Shown piece by piece: positions 47,624-58,400 of a stretch of DNA of 64,000 nucleotides. Numbering within the stretch: the stretch's first letter is position 1; every line of letters starts with the position of its first letter. The notes below the pieces were generated by a model, which was given only the letters and a program-made list of their open reading frames with translations, made no database searches and was not told where the DNA came from. Both the position numbers and the translations under genes were made by a program. The DNA is from Phyllobates terribilis (taxonomy: Eukaryota): assembly GCF_046119375.1 (NCBI RefSeq), contig NW_027362765.1, positions 352,532,001-352,596,000 of the forward strand, read 5' to 3'.

Positions 47624-48471
47624 TCCGGTAGTACTCCTATATCCTGGTGGTGGGCTGATGTCTTTCCACCCTAGATTTTTGTTTTGTATTTCTGTCTCCT
47701 GAATAGAAGGTTTGCCGGCATCGAACTTGAGCCTTGGATGGTGAGTGTGTAGGTTGTGTTCTGTATATATTGTATATAATGTATAATAGGGGGTTTTAGT
47801 TAGGTTGGGTGGGGGATTTGGGGGGGTTTTCATCAGCGGTGATAAGAGGACTGATCTGGCCTGGTCCAGGCCCCGCCTGGGGAAAAACTTTGGGGCCTGA
47901 TCCTAGCTCGGAGTAATCCTGAACTTTGTGGCCAGAGCTGGATCAGGGGTGGCGGGATAGTTAGTGTAGGTCTGTGTTTTATATATATATTAAAAAATTA
48001 CAAAATAAAAAAAAAATACAAAAAAAAAAAAAAGGTTTAAAATTGTTCATGTCACTATTGTATATATTGTTATTTTTGGTTTTCTGTGGTGTGAATGAGG
48101 TGCGGTAAGGGGGTGACTAAGGTCAGGCAGTGGGACCAGTAGGTTAGTGTTAGTTCCCGGTTGTATATACGTTATATTAGGTTTAGTGTTTTATTGTATA
48201 TAATCTTGTATATAGGACGGTGTTTTATGTGTATATAGGACGGTGTGAGTGTTGTGTGGGATTGTATATAGTAGTATGAATGAAGCTGGGCCGGGGGTTT
48301 TATAGGTTTTATAATAGTTATTTCCTGTATATATATATATATTCCTGGGGGGATTTATTTTGTTTCTATTTTCTGTGATTTGTCGTCTTGTTTTGTTCTT
48401 ATGTTCGGTGTCCTGTAATGTATTATTGTTCTGTCATGTACTGTACTTATTCTATCAATAAAAAAAAGACC

Positions 48472-50712
48472 TGCAGTGTATATATGGAGTGGTGCTGTGC
48501 AGTGTATATATACAGGAGGAGTGGTACTGTGCAGTGTATATATACAGGAGCGGTGGTACTGTGCAGTGTATATATACAGGAGGAGTGGTACTGTGCAGTG
48601 TATATATACAGGAGCGGTGGTACTGTGCAGTGTATATATACAGGAGGAGTGGTACTGTGCAGTGTATATATACAGGAGGAGTGGTACTGTGCGGTGTATA
48701 TATACAGGAGGAGTGGTACTGTGCAGTGTATATATACAGGAGCGGTGGTACTGTGCAGTGTATATATACAGGAGGAGTGGTACTGTGCGGTGTATATATA
48801 CAGGAGCGGTGGTACTGTGCAGTGTATATATACAGGAGCGGTGGTACTGTGCAGTGTATATATACAGGAGGAGTGGTACTGTGCAGTGTATATATACAGG
48901 AGGAGTGGTACTGTGCGGTGTATATATACAGGAGGAGTGGTACTGTGCAGTGTATATATACAGGAGCGGTGGTACTGTGCAGTGTATATATACAGGAGGA
49001 GTGGTACTGTGCGGTGTATATATACAGGAGGTGTGGTACTGTGCAGTGTATATATACAGGAGGAGTGGTACTGTGCAGTGTATATATACAGGAGAAGTGG
49101 TACTGTGCAGTGTATATATACAGGACAGGAGGAGTGGTACAGTGCAGTGTATATATACAGGAGCGGTGGTACTGTGCAGTGTATATATACAGGAGGAGTG
49201 GTACTGTGCGGTGTATATATACAGGAGGTGTGGTACTGTGCAGTGTATATATACAGGAGGAGTGGTACTGTGCAGTGTATATATACAGGAGAAGTGGTAC
49301 TGTGCAGTGTATATATACAGGAGGAGCGGTACTGTGCAGTGTATATATACAGGACAGGAGGAGTGGTACAGTGCAGTGTATATATACAGGAGAAGTGGTG
49401 CTGTGCAGTGTATATATACAGGACAGGAGGAGTGGTACTGTGCAGTGTATATATACAGGAGGAGTGGTACTGTGCAGTGTATATATACATTAGGAGTGGT
49501 ACTGTGCAGTGTATATATACAGGAGGAGTGGTACTGTGCAGTGTATATATACAGGAGAAGTGGTACTGTGCAGTGTATATATACAGGAGGAGCGGTACTG
49601 TGCAGTGTATATATACAGGACAGGAGGAGTGGTACAGTGCAGTGTATATATACAGGAGGTGTGGTACTGTGCAGTGTATATATACAGGAGGAGTGGTACT
49701 GTGCAGTGTATATATACAGGAGAAGTGGTACTGTGCAGTGTATATATACAGGAGGAGCGGTACTGTGCGGTGTATATATACAGGACAGGAGGAGTGGTAC
49801 AGTGCAGTGTATATATACAGGAGGAGTGGTACTGTGCAGTGTATATATACAGGAGAAGTGGTACTGTGCAGTGTATATATACAGGAGCGGTGGTACTGTG
49901 CAGTGTATATATACAGGAGGAGCTGTACTGTGCAGTGTATATATACAGGAGGAGCTGTACTGTGCAGTGTATATATACAGGAGGAGCTGTACTGTGCAGT
50001 GTATATATACAGGAGGAGTGGTACTGTGCAGTGTATATATACAGGAGCGGTGGTACTGTGCAGTGTATATATACAGGAGGAGTGGTACTGTGCGGTGTAT
50101 ATATACAGGACAGGAGGAGTGGTACTGTGCAGTGTATATATACAGGAGCGGTGGTACTGTGCAGTGTATATATACAGGACAGGAGGAGTGGTACTGTGCA
50201 GTGTATATATACAGGAGCGGTGGTACTGTGCAGTGTATATATACAGGACAGGAGGAGTGGTACTGTGCAGTGTATATATACAGGAGGAGTGGTACTGTGC
50301 AGTGTATATATACAGGAGCGGTGGTACTGTGCAGTGTATATATACAGGAGGAGTGGTACTGTGCAGTGTATATATACAGGAGCGGTGGTACTGTGCAGTG
50401 TATATATACAGGAGGAGTGGTACTGTGCAGTGTATATATACAGGAGGAGTGGTACTGTGCGGTGTATATATACAGGAGGAGTGGTACTGTGCAGTGTATA
50501 TATACAGGAGGAGTGGTACTGTGTGGTGTATATATACAGGAGGAGCTGTACTGTGCAGTGTATATATACAGGACAGGAGGAGTGGTACTGTGCAGTGTAT
50601 ATATACAGGAGGAGTGGTACTGTGCGGTGTATATATACAGGAGGAGTGGTACTGTGCAGTGTATATATACAGGAGGAGTGGTACTGTGTGGTGTATATAT
50701 ACAGGAGGAGCT
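48472..50712 (+). repeat. Minisatellite A array, 3' flank of copy D
   Basis: About 68 units; array-enriched CAGGAGCGGTGG variant. Confidence 0.97.
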
Positions 50713-51190
50713 GTACTGTGCAGTGTATATATCCCTCCATCAGCCGCTCGTCCTGGCAGCTTTCCTTTACTCTCACGTGTGTTGCGGTCGCTCTTCCCGG
50801 ACTCCTGTGTCCTCGTTGAGGACGGTTGATGATGAGTTTCTCTTTATTAATGGTTCCCTATGAGGGCGCAGAACGCACTTTCCACAGGTCATTGGCAGAA
50901 TTCGTGCAGACAGTCAGTATTACTGCCGTGAAGGAGACGCCGTTACCTCCAGCCCCCAAATTACCAGGAGATCTCCATCCACGTCCAATGTGAGGAGGAA
51001 AGGACTTGTCTGCACTGACACACAGTAACAAACTATATCAGGGTGTAAGGGGTAACGTTTCTCCTTGTGGAGAGTGACATGCCAGTGTGAGGAGACTTAT
51101 AGGTCGTGCAATGCTCCTTTGGGAAATTAAATATGCAAATTGTATCATCAGAGAGGAAGAGGAGGGGAACTCTAGCGCCACCTAATAATG

Positions 51191-51293
51191 GAAGTAGAAA
51201 TCCTAAAAGTCAATATCGACCCTTTATCGAGCCTTACCACAAAACTTGGGATTAAAGCCAAAGGGTTGATATTGAGTTTTAGGTTGCTACTTC
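51191..51293. other. Imperfect ~34-bp inverted repeat (hairpin) abutting the truncated end of the Gypsy remnant
   Basis: GAAGTAGAAATCCTAAAAGTCAATATCGACCCTT versus AAGGGTTGATATTGAGTTTTAGGTTGCTACTTC. Confidence 0.6.
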
Positions 51294-51560
51294 TGCCATC
51301 TCCGCAACTATGGATGACAGGGCAACGGCCTCCAGATAGCGGGTGGCAAAGTCGACCAGGGTGAGGATAAACTGCTTTCCGCTGCGGCTGGGTACAGCTA
51401 AGGGACCCCTGTCAAGGGCATGGATTGGAGCGGGGCACGACAGGGTGCTCCCCCCCATCCGTTGAATAACAGGACAAGAGGCTCGGTATTTCCACACCTC
51501 TTGAGCGACACTTGGCCAAGTCTTTTTGACACCCATGTGCCCATCTGCAGGAACATCATG
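51294..51560 (-). pseudogene. Integrase fragment (zinc-binding region and start of the core)
   Basis: AHDVPADGHMGVKKT...SCPVIQ...GPLAVPSRSGKQFILTLVDFATRYLEAVAL. Confidence 0.8.
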
Positions 51561-52001
51561 GGCCAGGAGCAGGAGTTAGGGTCGGTACTGCTAGGGTACC
51601 ACGAGTTGATGTTCCCGGGGACCAGGGTCTCTCGGGGCAGGATGCGGGCTTTTCCCGATATAACAGTCCACTCTCCTATCTATACACCTTCTTCCCCAGG
51701 TCAAGCGGCTGCACTGCAGTCAAGCTCTACGGTGGGGTCCGTGAGTTGGGCTTACCTAAAGTCCTTGCGATCTGTTTCCCTCCCAGTCAATGGCCACAGT
51801 CTGGTCAGGGGTGCTCACTGTTGCCGGCTCAGAGGTGAATGATGGAAGCTTGGAGTGTGGGTTATCCTCGGGAGGGGTGGCAGAAGGATCCACATCAGAA
51901 TGCTGCTTGGCTGCGGGTGATGAATGTGACAAATTGGCTGGACAGTCCTAGTCTTAGGTCATTACGCAAAATAACAGGTGTGGGGAGGCCGTCCATGAGT
52001 C

Positions 52002-53171
52002 TCACCTCGACCTCTCCCTGGTCGAGGTACCCCAGTCCAACTGCACACTTGCTAGAGGAATGTCCGAGCGCTGACCTCCTGCCAGGAAAATGGTCACTTG
52101 GCGCCCTGGTAAATAGTGTTCTGGTGGGACAATATCTGGGCTAACCATGGTGATGGAAGACCCAGTGTCCCGAAGTCCCTGGGCCTTGATGTCACCGACC
52201 TTGACAGGCTGTATGTGGCGATGGAGGTTGGCTGGTGTAAGGTGGCCAATCCAACGTAGAGTATGGAAAGGATATATCACTTCCTCCGCTGCTGGTGTAT
52301 CCCGGAGGTAACGTCCCTCAGACCCGGCTGACTCGTTTTGGCAGATGTTGACCGGCTGGGCTGGCAAACGGATTCCAGGCATCGGGCTCCAGCCCTGGGC
52401 ACACTCTTTGGCAACGTGTCCAAGGTGCCTGCATGTATAACAGCGTTGTGGGTTGGGCAAATCACGGGTACTGTTGGTAACCCTTTGTCCTGGTGGGTTT
52501 TCTGCTGGGTAGTGGTATAGTCCAGCTTGAGTGACTGGTGGCCGGTATAATCTTTGGTTGACGGGTCTTCTGGGATCGGTGGGCATATCAGGTCTCCAGC
52601 TGGGTCAGTTGGCTGTAAACTCGTCGGCTAATCGGGCTGCTTGCTCTGGGGTTTCGGGCTTCCGGTCGGTTACCCACTCTTGTATTTCTGGGGCCATTTT
52701 CTCCATACATTGCTCGAGCATGATTAAGTCCCGTAGGGTAGCAGCAGAGTAGGCAGCCCTATCGTCGATATAGCGGTTGCAGTGTCGTCGGAGTTGACTG
52801 GCAAATTCTACATAAGAGACCCCCTGGCGAGCCAGTATCCGGAACTTGGTGTGATATCTCTCGGGGTTGATGGTAAAAAGGGTCAGCAAGGTGTCCTTAA
52901 TAGTTCCATCGTCTAGGAAATCCTGAGGCCCATGCAACCGGGCAGCATCCCGTGCCCAGCCAGTCAAACTAGTCCACAGGTATTTAGCCCAATCAGCTGT
53001 GGGCACCTGGTGCATCCACATCAGAGTCTCAAAATCTTGCAGATGTTCATCGACTTTGGTGTTGGACTCGTTAAACACAGGCACATCTCTGTAGTGGAGA
53101 GGGGTTCCTTGGTGGGGGGCTATCAAAGGGGTAGGGTCCGGCGCTGGCGGTAGGGATACTGGAACTCCCAA
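52002..53171 (-). pseudogene. gag (SCAN domain, CCHC knuckle)-protease frame with one internal TGA
   Basis: LIMLEQCMEKMAPEIQEWVTDRKPETPEQAARLADEF (SCAN-like), CYTCRHLGHVAKEC and GLRDTGSSITMV; ORFs 52605-53171 and 52002-52586 are in the same frame, separated by TGA at 52605-52607. Confidence 0.83.
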
Positions 53172-53644
53172 AACTTATTCCATAACACAGGCCCTTTCTC
53201 CACTTGAGGCTCCAGGTCTCAATGACACCAACAACAACTGGATTCGGGCTGCTGGGGACTGGGTTGAATTCAGACCGCCACTAGGTCCTTGCTCTGGCAA
53301 TTCCTCTGGGTCCATCTCAGCGGAGTGTTCGTCGTCATCCACAATGTTATGGGCATTCTAATGGACCAATTTCTCGATCAAATCTGACCGAGTGTCCGTG
53401 GCCTGGAATTCAATCCGTTGAAGCTGGCACAGCTCCTGTAGTTGTGGCTATACATCCACTCCTGTCCTCTTCCCAAGACAGAGCTGGTGGGGTTGGACAT
53501 AGCGTCGTCTGAAACCCGCTGTGTATGCCTCACCTACGGTCTGCTGGGTCGGTCTATATGCCTCCCTGGTTGTGGAGCCCCTGGACTGTGTCTGTGAACA
53601 CCAGTCCCTGCAGTTCCCCGGTATCCGCAGGGCTGAGTAGTATG

Positions 53645-53659
53645 CCACCGCTGCCACCA
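53645..53659 (-). other. Primer-binding site complementary to the tRNA-Leu 3' end
   Basis: Minus strand TGGTGGCAGCGGTGG, 3 nt after the LTR's CA end; matches the recalled tRNA-Leu(AAG/TAG) end ...CCACCGCTGCCA-CCA. Confidence 0.8.
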
Positions 53660-53662
53660 ATA

Positions 53663-53990
53663 TGTGAAGACACGGGGGGTCAGTGGGTGCTCTTGTCCAC
53701 TGGCTGGCGGTCTTTAGAAAGACCGCATGGACCATGGACCAGGGCTCATACCACTGAAAGCCCGCTCTCTTTTCCCGTGGGCAGAACACTACTCAGACAA
53801 CACAGGGTGATGGTAAACAGCGTGGCAATAATTTATTGAACCACCAGCAATCAATAACATATAGAACAGTCCCAGCAAATACACGAGATGCTGCAAGCTA
53901 CAGAGTCTCACCCGTCTGCTGGCCTGCCGGGATTAGAGTCGTGAGATACGTGGCCGGGTGGCCTGATTGTCCCAACCTGGATTCTTCACA
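53663..53990 (-). repeat. 5' LTR (328 bp) of the Gypsy element
   Basis: TG...CA ends with an 8-bp terminal inverted repeat TGTGAAGA...TCTTCACA; AATAAA on the minus strand near 53835; immediately upstream of the PBS. Confidence 0.8.
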
Positions 53991-55404
53991 TCATCTCTGA
54001 GAGTTCAGCAATGGTCAATGCAGCGGTTCTGTATCTTTCCAGCCAGGGCTGTGGTCCCTTAGGCTCTCATCCTGTAGTGTCCCCCAGAACAGACGCAGAG
54101 ACCCCCTTTTTATTTTTTAGTTCACATTTGTCCATTCACAGGTCAAGTGTCAGGGATCATGATATTAATTCACAAAGCTCGAATATCCACAGCTCATCCC
54201 CCCCAATGTTGGCTGGAAAACACCCTACAATGGTATTTACCATATCTAGCAAGCATCCATTGTTCAGAGTCCCTGTATGGCAGACGATACACTGTAAGAG
54301 CTGATATAAGATGTGAATAGCAGCCATTCAACAATTACCAAATATCAACTCAAGTGATCAGCAGCCAAAAAAGAACAAAAATTCAAAAGTCAACATAAAA
54401 ATAAAGGTATATGGCTCCTGGCCTACAGAAAGTATGTCTGGCATAATTAAGAAGAAAAGCTGTGTCGTCACAGCCTCTCAGCGGAGTCTCTGCGCTGATA
54501 CATTGTAACAAACCATCAGGACGTGAGCTGCACGCCTCTCAGAGGAGTCTCTGTACTGATACATTGTAGCAGTTGCTCAGTTACTTCAGTAATTTTTCGC
54601 CCCTATTACCCTCCAGGACCCCAAAATAAAGTGTAACCACAAAGAGACCACACAGAGCGGAGGAGACGGGGAGCATGGAGGGCGCCACCAGGAGGATGAG
54701 GACATAAACTAATTCCTTAATCCCCCCATAAGAGCAGCCATTTTGCGGCACCCCTGGTGGTCTCCATGCATAATGAGGGCTCAGAGAAGTGACAGAAGTT
54801 TCTTATTATCTCTCTGGGCTGTGGATGATGGGGGTGATCGCACAATCTGAACGCCGCCATAGAATAGTCGCTTCACAATAGAGGCGGATGGGGAGAGAAT
54901 CGCAGCGTGAAGGTCACGTGTCCGGCGGCGGCAGAAACGGCTTCGGAATATTCGTGGTTTATTGTCAGTTTTGTTACAATGTGTAAGTCTCAACCAGGAG
55001 ACAAATCTGCAGTAAAGACCGATACATTGTAACAAACAGACATTGTGGCTCTAGGGGTCACCTCCAGCCTCCGGGTACGTGGTCCTGTCCTCTGTGTGCC
55101 GCCATATGCTGCCTGCACACAGTGTGAGCCCATACTATAGGGCCATGGACCCGTGTGACCCCTTGCGCATCACTTACTAATAAGAGCTGTGGTGGCGTCA
55201 CAGTGTCACAGGTAACACCGCGATTGCCATATAGTCACAGTGCATAAACCTCCGAACTATTATAAGCCCCCACAGGTCAGCAGCGGACCCTCCCCCTCCC
55301 CCGACCATTATAAAAGGCCCATTATAAAGTGCTGTAATCTGTGGTCTGACATCAAAGGATCCGAGTGACTGATCAAAGGACATTATCTACAGCAATAATG
55401 AGGC

Positions 55405-58400
55405 AGCGCCCCCCACAGGATGCATATCACAGCCCCCCACAGGATGCGTATCACAGCCCCCCACAGGATGAGTATCACAGCCCCCCCACAGGATGCATAT
55501 CACAGCCCCCCACAGGATGCGTATCACAGCCCCCCACAGGATGAGTATCACAGCCCCCCCACAGGATGCATATCACTGCCCCCCACGGGATGGGTATCAC
55601 AGCCCCTCACAGGATGCATATCACAGCCCCCCACAGGATGCGTATCACAGCCCCCCACGGGATGGGTATCACAGCCCCCCACAGGATGGGTATCACAGCC
55701 CCCCACAGGATGCATATCACAGTCCCCCACAGGATGCATATCACTGCCCCCCACGGGATGGGTATCACAGCCCACCACAGGATGCATATCACTGCCCCCC
55801 ACAGGATGCGTATCACAGCCCCCCACAGGATGAGTATCACAGCCCACCACAGGATGAGTATCACAGCCCCCCACAGGATGCATATCACAGCCCCCAACAA
55901 GATGAGTATCACAGCCCCCCACAGGATGCATATCACAGCCCCCCCCGGGATGGGTATCACAGCCCCCCACAGGATGAGTATCACAGCCCACCACAGGATG
56001 AGTATCACAGCCCCCCACAGGATGCGTATCACAGCCCCCAACAAGATGAGTATCACAGCCCCCCACAGGATGCATATCACAGCCCCCCACAGGATGCATA
56101 TCACAGCCCCCCCCGGGATGGGTATCACAGCCCCCCACAGGATGCATATCACAGCCCCCCACGGGATGGGTATCACAGCCCCCCACAGGATGCATATCAC
56201 AGCCCCCCACGGGATGGGTATCACAGCCCCCCACAGGATGCATATCACAGCCCCCCACGGGATGAGTATCACAGCCCCCCACAGGATGCATATCACAGCC
56301 CCCAACAAGATGATTATCACAGCCTCCCACAGGATGAGTATCACAGCCCCCCACAGGATGCATATCACAGCCTCCCACAGGATGCGTATCACAGCCCCCA
56401 ACAAGATGAGTATCACAGCCCCCCACAGGATGCATATCACAGCCCCCAACAAGATGATTATCACAGCCTCCCACAGGATGAGTATCACAGCCCCCCACAG
56501 GATGCATATCACAGCCTCCCACAGGATGCATATCACAGCCTCCCACAGGATGAGTATCACAGCCCCCCACAGGATGCATATCACTGCCCCCCAACAAGAT
56601 GAGTATCACAGCCTCCCACAGGATGCGTATCACAGCCCCCAACAAGATGAGTATCACAGCCCCCCACAGGATGCATATCACAGCCCCCAACAAGATGAGT
56701 ATCACAGCCCCCCACAGGATGCATATCACAGCCCCCCACAGGATGCGTATCACAGCCCCCCACAGGATGCGTATCACAGCCCCCAACAAGATGACTATCA
56801 CAGCCCCCCACAGGATGCATATCACAGCCCCCCACAGGATGCATGTCACTGCCCCCCACGGGATGGGTATCACAGCCCCTCACAGGATGCATATCACAGC
56901 CCCCCACAGGATGCGTATCACAGCCCCCCACAGGATGCGTATCACAGCCCCCAACAAGATGAGTATCACAGCCCCCCACAGGATGCATATCACAGCCCCC
57001 CACAGGATGCATATCACTGCCCCCCACGGGATGCGTATCACAGCCCCCAACAAGATGAGTATCACAGCCCCCCACAGGATGCATATCACAGCCCCCCACA
57101 GGATGCGTATCACAGCCCCCCACAGGATGCATATCACTGCCCCCCACAGGATGGGTATCACAGCCCCTCACAGGATGCGTATCACAGCCCCTCACAGGAT
57201 GCATATCACTGCCCCCCACGGGATGGGTATCACAGCCCCTCACAGGATGCATATCACAGCCCCCCACAGGATGCATATCACTGCCCCCCACTGGATGGGT
57301 ATCACAGCCCCCCACAGGATGCATATCACAGCCCCTCACAGGATGCATATCACTGCCCCCCACGGGATGGGTATCACAGCCCCTCACAGGATGCATATCA
57401 CAGCCCCCCACGGGATGGGTATCACAGCCCCTCACAGGATGCATATCACAGCCCCCCACAGGATGCATATCACAGCCCCCCACAGGATGCGTATCACAGC
57501 CCCCCACAGGATGCGTATCACAGCCCCCCACAGGATGCGTATCACAGCCCCTCACAGGATGAGTATCACAGCCCCCCCACAGGATGCATATCACTGCCCC
57601 CCACAGGATGCGTATCACAGCCCCCCACAGGATGCATATCACTGCCCCCCACGGGATGGGTATCACAGCTCACCACAGGATGCGTATCACTGCCCCCCAC
57701 GGGATGGGTATCACTGCCCCCCACGGGATGGGTATCACAGCCCCCCACAGGATGAGTATCACAGCCCCCCCACAGGATGCATATCACTGCCCCCCACAGG
57801 ATGCATATCACAGCCCCCCACAGGATGGGTATCACAGCCCCTCACAGGATGCATATCACAGCCCCCCACAGGATGCGTATCACAGCCCCCCACAGGATGC
57901 ATATCACTGCCCCCCACGGGATGGGTATCACAGCCCCCCACAGGATGCATATCACAGCCCCCCACAGGATGCATATCACTGCCCCCCACGGGATGGGTAT
58001 CACAGCCCCTCACAGGATGCATATCACAGCCCCCCACAGGATGCGTATCACAGCCCCCCACAGGATGAGTATCACAGCCCACCACAGGATGAGTATCACA
58101 GCCCCCCACAGGATGCATATCACAGCCCCCCACAGGATGTGTATCACAGCCCCCCACAGGATGCATATCACAGCCCCCCCACAGGATGCATATCACAGCA
58201 CCCCACAGGATGCGTATCACAGCCCCCCACAGGATGAGTATCACAGCCCCCAACAAGATGAGTATCACAGGATGAGTATCACAGCCCACCACAGGATGCG
58301 TATCACAGCCCCCCACAAGATGAGTATCACAGCCCCCCACAGGATGAGTATCACAGCCCACCACAGGATGAGTATCACAGCCCCCCACAGGATGCGTATC

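Larger units (their letters stand above)
40572..48471 (+). mobile_element. Full-length Tx1-like retrotransposon, copy D (~7.90 kb)
   Basis: Same 5' start; 3' end AATAAAAAAAAGACC|TGCAGTG is identical to copy B. Confidence 0.96.
51294..53990 (-). mobile_element. 3'-truncated Gypsy/Ty3 LTR retrotransposon, Gmr1-like (SCAN-domain gag, PR directly followed by IN)
   Basis: LTR, PBS, gag-SCAN, CCHC knuckle, DTG protease and integrase N-terminus are collinear on the minus strand; no RT and no 3' LTR seen. Confidence 0.85.

Noticed and set aside
40560-48480. Target-site duplications around the Tx1 copies
   Set aside because: The flanks are tandem repeat, so a TSD of whole units cannot be distinguished; no short TSD is evident at GGTGCTG|...|TGCAG
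3482-50712. Minisatellite A arrays as the interior of a carrier DNA transposon (as for Xenopus Tx1D)
   Set aside because: The outer flanks at 6538, 19894, 31156, 31491 and 50713 share no sequence or TIRs that I can see
54470-55040. Recurrent GATACATTGTA(A/G)CA motif (three times) with a ~60-bp local duplication
   Set aside because: Probably fragments of a dispersed repeat; no boundaries can be defined
55050-55165. Weak inverted repeat AGGGGTCAC...GTGACCCCT
   Set aside because: Only 9 bp are perfect and the inner pairing is poor; too weak to call an element
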